From contig OX638153.1 in NCBI GenBank assembly GCA_951804945.1, forward strand, positions 34,906,001 to 34,970,000: DNA of 64,000 nt, in the 5' to 3' direction. The position numbers and the translations under genes are program-made. This stretch comes from Podarcis cretensis. Lineage: Eukaryota. Below, one piece after another: positions 23,337 through 36,960 of the stretch (its first letter is position 1; every line of letters begins with the position of its first letter). Under the pieces are notes generated by a model. The model was given only the letters and a program-made list of their open reading frames with translations, was not told the origin of the DNA and ran no database searches.

Positions 23337-25806
23337 ATCGTGAAAGTGGAATAAACAGCTATCTGAACGCTCATCATGTATACTGCCAGTTCCTCTTTTC
23401 CAGCTTTAATTTGGTGCTTTAGCTCTTTATTCTGTTGTCAGAGAGACAGAAAAAGGCATCAAATTCAAAAACTGAACTCCACCCACAGGTGGGAAAGGAA
23501 GAATTGGGAGTGCATTTCAATTTCTTTTGAATTTGGTACTACAGCTTTACCTGTCCCATGCCTGGTATCATATGACATTAGATGATGGACAGATGGGTGT
23601 GTTTTGGGCCAAGTCACAGCACAGGTCAAATGGGGAGGCTGAACTGTTGTAATTAGGCCTGTAGGCTGAGGTTTCCTACCACTGATACTAAGCTTCATTA
23701 TTCCCTCTAGAAAAGCCAATCCTCCACATGTTTCCTCCTAAACACAGTTGCCATGAAATCAATTGCTGGAGTTATGGCCAGGGAGGTGGGGGTGGGAGGA
23801 GAGAAAACTAATATGTAGTATACTTAACATAAATATAATAAATCCACTTTATTAATTTCTAAGGTATTTACATAACTTATGCTTTGAGCTTAAGTAAATA
23901 TCCAACATTAGGGTCATTATGTTCGGTTACCAACTAGTCTTTGCTCATTCTAATTACCCTCCACATTAAGCAAACAGATAAAGCAAAGTTCACATCCAGT
24001 AGCTGAGAAACAGAAGAACTGCAGATTATGCAGTTTAAGGAGGAGGTCTCCATAACAGGTCAGAGACAGTTGCAAGTTTGAGGGCCATGTTTCTGGCAGG
24101 CTGCCCTACATCCTTTCTCGATAAACAAAGCTGATCTCTGCAATAAGAGGCAATGCATGTTCAGGACTTTCCATCTAACTTATTTTGTCTGCCATACTAA
24201 TTTGTTTCATCCTTGTTAAACAAAACATATTAATAAAAATTAAAATAGAGCACAGCAAAACTATTGGGGTATAATTAATACAAAGCATGTAATTTAATGT
24301 AGAATGCACCAACAGTAAAATCTCAGAGCCAGATTAAAATATTACTAAACTGGAAATAGCTTTTCTCTCAAAAAAGAACTCTACTTTCAGCCTGCTGTAA
24401 CAGTATTTATTTATGCTCTACATCTTTGGTTTACTTTGTTTATTAGTAATAAATAAAGAACTCTACTGAGTGGGCACTTCCACTGAAACCCTACCACCTA
24501 CCATGGGGCCTGGCAGATTGGAGAGCCAAGAGAAGGGCATACAGAATAGTAATCAGATGAATCAGCTAGAGACAAGCCATAAGATTCATATGGTGCAGAC
24601 TATTTAGACAAGTAAAGATGATAACCAGCACACTGAATTGGTCTGAAAAATAGAAAGAAAGCTTTTTCAGACAATCTAGAAATGGAATAATGTGCTCTCA
24701 TAACCTGTTCATGATAGATGTGGCACAGAATTCTGCACTGACCACAACACAACCATGACTTAGCATTGGTGACAGGCCAAGTCCTCCCATCCTAACCAGA
24801 TTTTCTATAAAAGAAGTTGAGTTCCTTTCCAGAAAATAATAAAGATAGACAGTTTGGCTCACCCCTTCCCTCTTGCCTGGTCATCCTATCCCTGAATTGT
24901 CTTCCCTGATATTCCCCTGATGCCCCCAAACCCCTTATACCCTTCTGTTCAAATTATATTTAGAGATGGCACACTAGGAGCAGAAATGGCGGTGAAGACT
25001 ACAGCAAGGACAGAGATAAGCCCTCTCCAATCTTTCCTTATAATATGCTACTACCATGCAGGACCAAAAGTCCTGGCAGCCCTTGCAGGTTGTAGTTTTT
25101 CCAAGGGTTACTGCCTCTCTCCTTATCTTAGTCTTTGATGCTGCCTGCCAACACTATTGCTGCCTCACTTTCCAGTACAAGCGTTATTTAGGGGGAAAGG
25201 GATTAGGGAATCAATGAACTGATGGTGAGGAGGTCTGAGGTATTGGAGAAGCCAAAGAATAAATTCTGGAGCTCCTATCTGAGCCTGTTCATCATTAATC
25301 TGCACATTGACAGTAATTCACAATTTATGTAAGTACCAAGTTTCAAAACTCTTGAGATTCAAAAGCCGTTTGCTATACAGTCTGAGTGGGCTGACGTGTC
25401 AAAACAGATGCAAAAAACTCCAGAGAAACGTGCAGATCTCCTGGATGTAACTTTGTTGTATTAGAAACCAGCGTGTTTATATTTCTGTACAGATCTGGGG
25501 ATCGTTCACAGGAGTCTTATCGTGTTTGGGAAATGTAACAGGTAAATTAGTTTTAACAGCTATGCAATCATGTGATCCCTGCAAGGGAAAAATGTGTACA
25601 GCTCTGTGTAATAAAACTCTTTAGGTTTTTCATTTGAAAAGTGCAGCCTCCACCGCCAACACCAAGTCACAACATCAAATTAAATGTGAAATATTGCACC
25701 CCCCTTGGCACTGCATGGGGAAAAAGCGAGGGTTGGTGTTACATCCCTATAATATGCAACTATTGCTTATGACATGCACTTTAAATAGGGTGCCACAAGA
25801 GCTTAC

Positions 25807-25884
25807 CTTGCCTTTGCTGATTATGAAGAAAGTGTCCCCGCGAGCACCTTGCCTGATAATGTACTCTCCATTTTCATAGTGCGT
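25807..25884 (-). CDS. PRKG1: PRKG1 internal coding exon (about exon 6), [26 protein letters not shown]
   Basis: Minus strand reads ttttattttctgcag|ACG CAC TAT GAA AAT GGA ... GGC AAG|gtaagc; 78 nt, phase 0 to 0. It carries the typical CNB motif IIRQG.RGD.FFII..G and is absent from the ORF track. Confidence 0.97.
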
Positions 25885-27001
25885 CTGCAGAAAATAAAAA
25901 ATTACAAGAACAAAAGAAATGTTGAATGCTTGTCACCCAACTTGCAGCTTTACAGTTTCATAACATAATTCTTAGTGATGCAGCAACAACAACAACAACT
26001 TTGTTCAGGCATTGCAACTTGCATACTTTAAGAAAATACCTGTGGCAAGGAGTAAAAACAACTCAAAAGAAATAAACAGTCTTTGTCATAGTTTTCATCA
26101 AAGTATATTTCACACACTGTCATATACAAATCTGGTAATTAAGAGACGCTTCACAAGTCCTCCTATCATTGTTTGTAGTAGTAATTCTGCTTTTCACTTT
26201 TCTCATTATCAGTAGTCATGATGAAATGGCAAGATAATATAATTTTATTTCTGAACCAATCTGAATTTGGCCATTTAACCCACCAAAACATCCAGTCCTA
26301 AACTTGTCATTTGCAGAGGACCCAAGGGCATATTTTCCTGTTAAATTGACAGCTCTGCAAAAAAGGAAAGGTCCTTCCGGCAGAGCAGGAGCTTAAAGGT
26401 AGCTGATGTCAGTATAGAGGCTACATTCCCAAAGCCGGGGGATGGGAAGGTTCCTCTTGCCCAAAAATTAAGTCCACTGAGGTAGTCAGTTCTTCTTCAG
26501 CAAGGATAATCAGGGGACAGTGTCTTTTATCAAAGTTTTAAATTACATTGTTCATTAAATGACATTCTATTATGTGGAATTCAATGTAAAAAAACAACAA
26601 CCCTGAACAAATAATCATTGAAGCATAAAAAATGAGGAGTATTAAAAAGGTGTAACAAAGTATAGACCTAGTTTCCTTCCAGAAAGTTGTTCACCATACA
26701 TACTGATTTGCTTGCAAGGAAATTAGACAATGTCAGCTATTTATTATAGCTCCCATATAAAACACAGTCCACAGCAATATGCTTGTTCCTCAACTATGGG
26801 AAAAAGTAAGTGTATGTGTGTTTGTGTGTAGATCAGGAAAATAGTATAGGGGAAGGCCTTGAGGGATTATTGTCTGGAGTAATAATGGATTTTCCACATC
26901 TTGCTTGCTTAGGTCCTAAATTTAAACCAATAAACTTTGGCTGTGATCGCTGTGTCTCTATTTGGGGTTCGGAGACAGTGAATACTTCCATGAGAAGTAA
27001 T

Positions 27002-27250
27002 CAGGGCTGACCCACCCATGAGGCAAAGTGAAGGGGGCAGGACCCAAAGGGGTGTTCCAGCCTTCAAGGAGCACATTACCAGCTGCTACAGTGCCAAGAG
27101 TGGCTGTAGCCACTTGGAGGCTGGGTCAGCCTCCTCCTCAGCAGCCCCCCCCCCCCCGCTAATTCCACAGCACCTCTGGGCAAACAGGCAGCACTGCTGG
27201 TCTCCTCCCACCCTTGAGGAGGGAATGTGGAGACTGCCCTCTGGGGTGTC
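27002..27250 (+). mobile_element. Degenerate hAT-like fragment
   Basis: GC-rich block starting CAGGGCTGACCCACCCATGAGGC. The same terminus occurs inverted near 42172-42194 (GCCTTATGGGTGGGCCAGCTCTG). Confidence 0.45.
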
Positions 27251-27914
27251 CTGGACAGGCCTCTTCATCCTGTAATCACCTTTGTTTCCCAGTTCAGCTG
27301 TTGGGTGAGGTTAATTTGATTCCTCACCCCCTTGTTCCCAATGTAGATCTTCATTCCCCCTCGTCTCTGGCGGGGAAGCACCATTTTGTGGTTAAACTCA
27401 GCTGCCAAAATACCGGTATATCAGGCCAGCTTTGGAAGTAATCACATTATTGTTTTTAAAGGGGGAGGTTTAGAAATAGTAAGATGCCTCATTTTAATTT
27501 CTGACAGGACTAACTGCATGGCAATTATTTGTAGAATGTAAATAATAAATTTATTTATTAGTGGGATTTTTTTTTATTAAACTCAGGGAGAAATTGTAAA
27601 TTCTTCATGGGGTGGGGGGGTAACCAATAGGAAGGCCTCAGTTATCCAATAAAATAGCATAACATTTCATAGACGCTGTAGCTAATTATGCCCTGAAAGA
27701 ATCCAGAATTTTCTTTGTTTTCCCCGTTTTCCTTTCCCTGTTTTTTAGAGACAAACATACATTTCAATGTATTCTATTAACTGTTAGCATAACATTACAA
27801 TAACTCTAAGACTTGAAAATATATGCAAACTAGTTGTTGTTGTTTTTTACAATGTTAATACCTAATACCTTGAGGCAAATAATTCTATTGTAAAATTATC
27901 CAGAGTAGCAACAG

Positions 27915-27990
27915 AATCCTATACATGTCTACTCAGAATTAAATCTTATTGGATTCAGTGATGCTTTCTCCCAGGTAAAAGTTTAGAATC
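27915..27990. repeat. About 80-bp semi-palindromic interspersed repeat (other copies near 3905, 7330, 41715, 41857)
   Basis: Shared AATCCTATACATGTCTACTCAGAA-TAA...TCAGTGGG-CTTACT pattern across the copies. Confidence 0.6.
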
Positions 27991-28069
27991 CAATTCTTAT
28001 GTTTAAATTATTTATTTCTGAAAGAGCAGCACCCTTCCCCATCTCCTTTCAAAAGAGACACCTTCACTC

Positions 28070-28260
28070 TTTTTAGACTCCATGCTCTTAATCGTTCTAG
28101 CTGCCCTTTCTGAACTACATTCAGTCATGCAATATCCGTTCTGAGATGAGGTCAGCAGTATGGCAAGCTATATTTCAGATGAGGATGAACCATTGACTTC
28201 TATAATATCATTATGGTGTTTTCTGTATTCCTCTCTATCCCATTTCTTACAAATCACACT
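28070..28260 (-). mobile_element. Old CR1 LINE ORF2 fragment
   Basis: GCTGCCCTTTCTGAAC...CAATATCCGTTCTGAGATGAGG...CATTATG resembles antisense CR1 ORF2 sequence. Confidence 0.55.
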
Positions 28261-28482
28261 CTAGGCAATTTACCCATGTAGAGCAATGCAGTATACAGGA
28301 GACACATTACTTACTTCCATTCCACTAATGTGAATGGCACTACTGTGATTGACATTGAATTTCATTCACACTAGAGAAGTTGAATTGCTAAGGTTAAGAA
28401 AGGCCAAGCATTATTAAATCCTCCTCCTCTTGGAATAAGTTAATTGTTGGTCCTAAATATAGTAGTAGTAGCAATATATAAA

Positions 28483-28850
28483 AAAGGTAAAGGTAAAGGA
28501 CCACTGGACGGTTAAGTCCACTCAAAGGTGACTATGGGGTGCGGGGCTCATCTTGCTTTTAGACCGAGGGAGCCAGTGTTTGCACACAGACTTCTTTCTG
28601 GGTCATGTGGCTAGAATGACTAAACCATTTCTGGGACAATCGGACACCGTGACGAGTACCAGAGTGCAAGGAAACACTGTTTACCTTCTCGATGCAGCGG
28701 TACCTATGTATCTACTTGCACTGGCATGCTTTCGAGCTGCTAGGTTGGCAGGAGCTGGGACACAGCAATGGGAACTCACCCTGGCAGATTTGAACCACCA
28801 ACCTTCTGATCAGCAAGCCGAAGAGGCTCAGCGGTTTAGACCACAGTGCC

Positions 28851-28851
<1 letters not shown>
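28483..28851 (-). mobile_element. Near full-length Sauria SINE (older copy)
   Basis: (AAAGGT)n reverse tail, CTGCTAGGTTGGCAGGAGCTGGGAC core and reverse head ...GGTTTAGACCACAGTGCCA. Confidence 0.92.

Positions 28852-28888
<37 letters not shown>
28851..28888. repeat. (AAT)n microsatellite abutting the SINE head
   Basis: Directly visible. Confidence 0.97.
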
Positions 28889-28889
<1 letters not shown>

Positions 28890-31800
28890 CTCATTGCTAT
28901 ACCCAAGCCAGGATGGGAAGGTGCCTTATATATTGCATAAACACAACTGAGATTTACCAGTCAAAACCCTGCTTATGTGTGGCATTCATGGGTTGTTCTT
29001 GCTAGCACTTGGTGATGAAATGGCAGGGCAGTAGGTGAGGCAAGGTATAATGTTAAAAGCATGCTGCCGCTTTCAGGGTTTTTCTTGCTACAGCCCTAAG
29101 GTCTTCTGCTGTCTTAATGACTCAATTTTTCAACTTTGCTATCCGGCATATCTCCCCACGGAAGCCCTCTGCAGATACATCCTGCATTTTCTGGAATGCA
29201 GCTGAAATTCCCTTAGGTAGCAGTTAGCCAAGAATAATAGGGCTCACAATGGGGTATTTTCACTAATAGCAGAAGCTGAAGGATCACATGAATCTTGACA
29301 ATTAGGCAGTGTTGCCAATAACAGTTACTTGGATCTCTCATTAAGTTCAGTGGAAAGGTTTACTGCACTATCCAATGAGCAAAATGGGGAACATAGTTTT
29401 CACTTGCACAGATGCAGTCAGTACTTTTTATGCCTTTTCTCTCCCCATAGAGGGCTTAATGGAACTGCCAAACCTATTTTACTGTAAGTTTGTATATGTG
29501 CAGGAAATCTAAAATGGGTCATTTTTGTGAAATACCCAGCAAAGCCCTACAATTTATGGTGTGTGTTTTTTACCACTGTGGATTATATGTTTTCCTCAAT
29601 CAAGCAATTAGTTTTTGTATTATGCAAATAACCCCTTCTCAGAAGCAAAGTCAAACACCTGCTAGATACTCTCAGGATTATAAAAATAAAAAGTTTGTTA
29701 CCATTTAAAACTGTCACGTGAAGGTTTACATTAAAATTTTGGTAATTAGATTTCTAGCTGATTCAGTTTGCATTTAGCAGAAGACTGTGACACACTGAAC
29801 AAATGAATAGGTGTTAAACCACAGCAGTATACAACAATTCAGAGGTAGCACTCCTGATGGTTAAAGGAGACAAGCACAAAGTTGTCACAAAATTCTTGTC
29901 AAACTCATAATCTAACCTCCCTCCTGGTATTGGGGGTGCTGAATCTTTTCCCGAGGTACCTGAGCACCTAGGGGAGATGTCAGAAATGACATCCCAGTGC
30001 TCAGTAACACATGGGAGATGTATCTTTAAGGATGCTGGATGTTCATATTAAGGACTAAGGCACCTTGGAAACTACAGTGGCCTGGCAGTGGTTAGTTAGC
30101 CAAATGTTTCGCAGAGACTTAAAACCAGGGGCATTATGGTAATATTCATCTCCTTTGGTTACTCTACAACATTTAATAATGAACGTTTATTGTCTTAAAA
30201 GGCCAATAGCTTAATTTATTGATCAATCCATCAGTTGACTAGAGCAGACTAATAATCACAATAATTTATGACAAGTGAATGGGGGCGAGTCATCTAGATA
30301 GGTTGGTGGACCAGGATGCTATCAGAAAACACACATATAACTAATTAGGAGTTTTAGAATGAAGGCTGCAATCCTGTCAGTGGTACTTGTGGGCAGGATT
30401 AAATTCCAGGTGAACAATTAAGTTAAGCAGGGTGACAACAAATCATAATCAAAGATAGTTGATTCCATGTTGATAATTTAATTCTTCCAGCTACTGTACT
30501 TACAATCAGTCTAGGAATACTGGACAGCTAGGAGAGTAGCAGTTAAGTTATTAACAAAGATTGAGAACTGTTATTAGGAGGTCTGCTGCCTGGCGATGAA
30601 TCTGTTTGCAGGTGGCAAGTGATGATTGCCTCTCATAATGAGAACCTTTCAGTGGGGTGTGGCACTGTCTGCTTATTATTGTTGCTATTACCATTTTTAT
30701 CTTAGTCTGCCTTTTGTTCAACAGGTCCTCAAGATAGCTTACCAAAATACACAGAAATATAAAGCATACTCAATAAAACCTCTCTAAAACAATCACAAAA
30801 ACAGTTCCTGAAGTAAGTCTGCTGCATGAAATTAACTAACCATCAATATTGCATTCATTTCCCAAGAAGTGGTAAGAAGAGGATTTACAAGCCCTTCACA
30901 TTTCCCCCTATTTTGGTCTAATTCCTGGAGCCATTCACTTATTCGGCAGTTATATAATAGCTGAAAAACAACCTCAAGTCATGTATTCTCTGGTTATTCT
31001 ATTAATTGGAGGAAGTGAGAAGTGGTAGCGTAAAATTTCTGCTAAACATCGCTGGATGACAGCGTGCCTTCTCTGGGCTGCTGAGTGTTGTAAAACCAAG
31101 CTCTTGAATGGCACTATAATTGCATTTGACAGATGTCTTGACTGTAATCTGTATTTAGAGTTTATGATGACTAGAGCTTATTTTAGGTATTTAATATATT
31201 GCCCTATGTTACCAAATTCCAGGTCAGCTTTCAAAATACAAGCTGCATATTTTAATACAACAGTATCTCTAAACATCAACACAACAAACCACAGTAAAAA
31301 AACAACAACACACAGCTTGTTATTAATATCAACAAATGCTTGACAAAAATACTTTTATAACTTTTGCCAAAATACAATTAGTGTCATGGAACATGCCCCA
31401 TTTGGGAAGATTGTTTTCATGTATGTTTTCTTAATTAACTCGTTTTTATTCCTTAACTTCTCAACTTGTTCTCAAAAAGCAAATATGACAATGATCAAGT
31501 TTTACTGATACCCGAGTGTCATTACCTGGGACCCAGGTGAATGTCATAATCTGAGACCCACTGGGGTCAACATAGCAGGCAGGCATTTCTGAGCATACAT
31601 TGCTCTCATACATTGCTTTCACAGCACTCATATTTCTGCTTTGAGTCAGTTTCTACTGAACAATAGCTTACAGTCCACTATCAGCAGCTCGCAGGACAGC
31701 AAGGAGAGGTTGTGCCGATTAGGAACACAGGAGATCTGCCAAGTTCCTTCATGCTAGCTGGAAGGTGAAGTACAGAGTACCCCTATACTGACATGCTCTC

Positions 31801-32879
31801 GCCCTCTGTCACAGAACAGGTTTCTGATACACAATTGACCTCAGCCTGCTGAGCCTGCATAAACATTTTCAGTCACAACCACAACATATCTGTGCCATTG
31901 TCCTGCATAAAGGTATATAACTAGCTAAGCAGAGATTTTTCATGCACCTCAACCTGTCTTTTTGCTAATAAGCAGGGGCTCGCTTATCAGCTTTACATAC
32001 CAGAAATGTGAAGTGGCCTTGAAGAGACTAGAAGCTCCAAAATGATCGCTTCATGTAACAGACGACCAAAAATGCAACATTTTGAACAAGACAGAAGAGG
32101 AGTGAATTTATAAACTTTGTTCAGAACTATCTGTTGCCATGCTTATTTGTCAACCAATTAGAAGTAAACATGAAGAGTCAACAAGCTGTCCACAGATTCT
32201 GTTATCCAATCATGTTGCTGAAAGGGATTGTTCATGAGCTAAGCATGTAAAGAAAATGCTATAAAAGTATCTTGAATTTTGTATTTGGGCTCCAGAATTT
32301 GGAGAACTCCTCTGGATCATTTATTCTTACCGCAGTCTGCAATAAATCTGAACTCTTTCCATGATGTTGCTGTCTTTATTTAGCTAAAGAGGACTGGCAT
32401 ATTTCCAGACCCCCTTTGTAGGGTAGCATTACTACTCCTTCAATAAATCCTTACATCATTTGCACAAATACTAAATATGAAATCAATATTGTGCAACAGG
32501 AGCTGGCAATACATAGTGCAAACCAACATATTGGCGATTACATTTTCTCTTAATTTGAATACATTTCCTTTCCCTAACTATCCCTTTTTCATATTTTGCC
32601 ACAAGGAAAATATATATATATATTTTTTCTGGTGAAATACAGGGTGTTGGTTTAAAAGAAAGACGATAAAAAAAAAGATTAATTGCAGCTGTTCATACAG
32701 TTTCAGTGACATGCTGCAATATAATTGTATTCTTAGAGCCTAGATTGCAAGGCTTACCATACAAATCACAAGGCCTTAAGAGATGCACATATCAACAAAG
32801 AAATTATTACTTAAGCCATGAGAAAAGTTACAGTATTGTTGAGTTGCATAGCTTTAGAATTATGCAAAAGTGAGACATT

Positions 32880-33010
32880 GAATTGTATAGTTGGAAAGGG
32901 GGGTCATCTAGACCAGCCCCCTGCAATGCAGCCATACACAACTGCTCCATGCAGGAATCAAACCTGCAACCATGGGATTATCAGCACCAGGCTCTAACCA
33001 ACCTCAGCCA
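32880..33010 (-). mobile_element. Short tRNA/CR1-tail SINE (Squam2-like)
   Basis: Reverse CR1-type tail (AGTTGGAAAGGG..GTCATCTAG) joined to a reverse tRNA head (GGAATCAAACCTGCAACC...GCTCTAACCAAC). A plus-strand relative lies at about 63782-63890. Confidence 0.6.
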
Positions 33011-33034
33011 CTTCCATCTGATCATGGAGCACGG

Positions 33035-33370
33035 AGCACTCCTTCACACAGCACATAGGTAAACTATGGAATTCTCTGCCACAAGTTGTAGTAATGGCCA
33101 CCAACTTAGACCACTTTAAAGGGGTCTAGACAAATTCATCATAGCAATAAGGCTATTAATAGCTACCAGCCACAACGGCTGTGTACTGCTTCTAGTTTCT
33201 TGGGTGGCATGCCTCTGAATACCAGTTTCTGGAGAATTAGGGAGAAGGTGGTTTTGTTCATGTCAAGCTTATGGGCTTCCCAAAGGCATCTATTTGGCCA
33301 CTTTGTGCGTAGGTCACTGAAACAGATGGGCCTTTAATCTGACCCAGCAGGGCTCCTCTTTTGTTCTTAT
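33035..33370 (+). mobile_element. CR1 LINE 3' end
   Basis: TTCACACAGCACATAGGTAAACTATGGAATTCTCTGCCACAAG (FTQ...LWNSLP motif), then the 3' UTR ending TGACCCAGCAGGGCTCCTCTTTTGTTCTTA. Confidence 0.85.
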
Positions 33371-33443
33371 TTATACCCTTGCAGCAAGTCACCACAAACA
33401 ATATTTTGCTAAAGCTGCTATTTAAAATGAGAGATCTTTTACA

Positions 33444-33446
<3 letters not shown>

Positions 33447-33479
<33 letters not shown>
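33447..33479. repeat. (AC)n microsatellite
   Basis: Directly visible. Other simple repeats: (AT)n at 37449-37475, 39557-39588 and 49819-49846; (TTTA)n at 46490-46517; (AC)n at 52537-52567; A27 at 37981-38007. Confidence 0.97.
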
Positions 33480-33480
<1 letters not shown>

Positions 33481-33810
33481 TTTCCACTTAAAATAGTAGG
33501 GAGCTATGATAATGAAAACAGTCACAAACATTCCTTTCAAATTGCAAATATGGCTGAATCAATTTGAATGTTTAACATCCATTTTCCTCCCTAGAAGGTA
33601 CAGAGCCAAAAATGAAAATCTAACCAAGCTTATTTCTAATACCAACAAATCAGGCAAACATTTTGGACCTTGTACGCTTCAATGAAACAAAACAAAAACC
33701 ACCTCTCTCTGAACCATAATCCCAGTACATAAATAATCTCAGTACCTATGTTAAAACTGAGTAATCCTCTGCACCAGAAACCAGAGTTATTAAGAAAAAG
33801 GGATACTAGA

Positions 33811-34451
33811 TGTCATGAACTGGCAGGACAACAGGGGGAGGAAGGGGCGGATCCCAGCAAGGGCTGTAGCTGGGACTGGGACACACCAGGGCAAGCTGGG
33901 GATGGGGAAAGAGAGGTTGGTATAGGAAGTACTCACAGGGAAGATGATGATGAGGTGGGAGTCAGCGCATAGGAAGCAGAGCAGCAGCACCCATCACCAG
34001 AGTGGGCCCTGTCTCCACTAACACAGCAGGCTCTGAGGTGTAGGGAGCAGCAGGCAGGTGCTCCAGTAGGCTGAGGCAGGCAAGGGCCCACTAGCTAGCT
34101 CTGGGAGGAAGTGTGTGATTCCTCAGTTGGAGTAGGCTTGGAACAGGTGAGGGTCATATGCCTCGTCAAGCCCAGATGCTGCAATCAGCAGGCAAAGTGC
34201 AAAAGGGAAGCAGAGCTGAGGTGCTGTGTCTGCTCAATTGCCTATGCTGATGGGCCTTGATTTGGATGCTCCTGGACCTCCATGGGACTGTGCTTCAGGC
34301 TTGACTCTAGTATCTTGACTGCTGGCCTTGGCTACTTGGATTGACCCTGAACCTCATTTCCTGAGTCAAATCAAATCCCTGCTCATCCATGAAGCTAACT
34401 GTATTATCTTAGCCAAGTCACGCAAGAAGAGTTTTGCTGGGTCAGGCTGAC
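33811..34451 (+). mobile_element. Probable solo LTR (Gypsy-like)
   Basis: GC/purine-rich block of about 640 bp beginning TGTCA and ending ...GGCTGAC, flanked by CTAGA / CTAGT. Confidence 0.5.
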
Positions 34452-36384
34452 CTAGTCCAGCAGTGTAACTGGTCAACCAGATGCAGTAAGTTCCATCCTT
34501 AGTTATGAGATAAGTATGTTATCACTTGAAAGAAACAGCAATGTGATTATTAGATCCCCTTTGAAACCTCTTGCCTGCTGGAATGTTAGGATTCGTTTTA
34601 CCCCATTTCTTAATTAAACAAAACAACAGAGAAGTGTTCGAGTTTACTTGCTTTAATGTTGGAGTATGTTTTCCAAGTATGCCATCATTTTGGCACCATG
34701 TAATAGTTGTGAATGTCAACCAGGCTGCTTGCTCAGCGCTCAGAGGATTCCCCCTGCATTTGGAATCTAAATACAATATTGGCCCACTCCACATAGAGGG
34801 GCTTCTGCCGCACCACATCTGTCAGTTCTGACCTAGCTATAGGGATTTGGTAAATAAGAAAAATGATGCAGGCAGCTCATGTTATAGCCTCCAAGCATAT
34901 AGTCATTGTGACAGCTAATATTTCATTTCTACTGCTAGACATCTGTTATATCAAAGTTGTAAACTGCTGATGAAGAATCAAGTATCATGAATCAGGGGAT
35001 TAAAGTTCCTTTTGCTGTGTATAACAAAGGTCCATAGAGAGAAACCAAACATGATTCACTCAAAACTGACACTTGCCCTTGCAGCTGGTGTGTAACATCT
35101 AGGAATCACTAAGGCTTGCACATTGTACAGCTGGATGTATCTGCTCGTTAAACAATAAACATCTAAAGCTGTATTTGAAAGGCATGGATCAAGTTCTTTA
35201 CAAAAGCCTGCAAAATTTTCCTGTTTCTGCCTATGTTTTCCTATGAAAACTATTTCCATTTTTATGAGGGCATTTGATGCACAATCCCCCCCCCCCCACG
35301 GGAAGCTGGGTTTCTGGTGTTTTCATGCCCACCTGATAGGCAAATTGTTTTCATCTAACAAGTTGGTGCTGAACCGCATGCTCCAATGTCTGAAAATGAC
35401 CACTATGTATCAATGCACAATGGTGTCTGAAAAAGTGCACAACTGCTTGGAGTCAGTGTGTGCTATGCCATGTTTAATTGCCTTTGCAGGCATTGCTATT
35501 CCACATGGCTTCATATCTGAAAAATATCAGCATGTATTAGTCCACAGCCAGTATAAATCTAGTGCTTTTCTGAAAAAGTGCACAACTGTTATGAAAAACT
35601 GAGCGACATCACCACACTAAGTTTTTTTCACTTTTGTTTAACATAATGGTGTTGTATTCTAATGAACACCAAAAGAGCATTGTGAAGTTTACATGGGAAC
35701 ATATAGATATGCCTTACTATTGGTCAGACTATAGGCTGGCAGTATGGTCTAAGGTATTTCCCAGCCTTGCTACATAAGATTGATCTAAATTGTAGATTTC
35801 AGAGACTGATCTTGGGTGCTCATGGATACAGAGAATTTGGAATACCATCGGGCTATGTGTCTTCCCAATCAGGCAGCTAGACCTCATTTGGCAAGCAAAG
35901 ATGCTGGTCCATGTACTAACATGTTTTGGCAACTTTGGTTCAGTGCACTGTTTGTGTATTGCTATTTGACCCTGCTGGGTGACATTTTAATGCCCAGAAT
36001 CCTTTGAAACAATATTAATAAACAAACAATCTTGATGGTGAGCTGAAAACCATTTTTCTATTTAATGGAAAATAATTGTTTGAACAAAATGTTTATAATA
36101 TCAACCTTTTCGACTAAAGGTTAGAGGCTTTTTTTTGTTTTTTTAGGATACACTTTATTAAGTTGTTAAATGTCATGTTCAAAAGAATATACAGAACAAA
36201 TGAAAGAGAAATGTCCCAATCCAAACACCTATAAGTCACAACAATGAATCTTCTACCCCTTGTGTTAAATTCAGAGCATTCTTCTCAAAGCATATAACTC
36301 AACAGGTGGTGAAATCTAAAACTGAACAATCATTCCTAGTATGAAATAAAATATTAGTGCCAAGTTCTTTTTACATAAAGGTAT

Positions 36385-36960
36385 ATTATTTTAAAGCTAT
36401 ATGCTGCCTTATAGGTCCAGACAAGGCAGTGAACACAACACAATGCAGTATTATAATAAAACTTTAAAATTAATATGTGTCAGAAGGCAGTACATGAAAA
36501 CCAACCAGTATGAAAGCCATTTCCAGAGGCATCGCAATAAAGCATCAATAAAACAGCAGCATGACAATAAAACATACATTAAGAGACACGCATAACTGGT
36601 TGGTTTTCAAAGCGTTTTGAAATACTGCAAATGAGGGGTCCAAGCACACCTCTTAGGTGGGGTTGGATTACACAAGGCAGGGATCACTACTGAGATGACA
36701 CAGCCCACCAGTCTAACTCAAGACCAGTAAGTAAAGTGCGGCCTCCAATGCCAAGCTTAAAGCATGGGCAGGTTTGTGTGGCATAGGCTGTTCTTTAAAC
36801 AAGTTGGGCCCAAACTAGGGCTTTAAAGGTCAAGTCCAGCACTTTAAACGTATCAATAAAATATGTTGTCTGGCCTCAACAGTCACACCAGCGGCCACAT
36901 GTGGTAACCAGCTGGTTTCCAGATCATCTTCAAAGGCAGCCCTATGTACAGTGCATTAAA
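36385..36960 (-). mobile_element. Degenerate L2 LINE fragment
   Basis: Antisense L2-like motifs AGGGCTTTAAAGGTCAA..CCAGCACTTT and TCTTCAAAGGCAGCCC..GTACAGTGCATT. Confidence 0.7.

Noticed and set aside
28553-29005. 150-aa ORF with poly-Asn
   Set aside because: This is an antisense Sauria SINE plus an (AAT)n microsatellite. The same applies to the poly-N/Y/L ORFs at 5301-5617.
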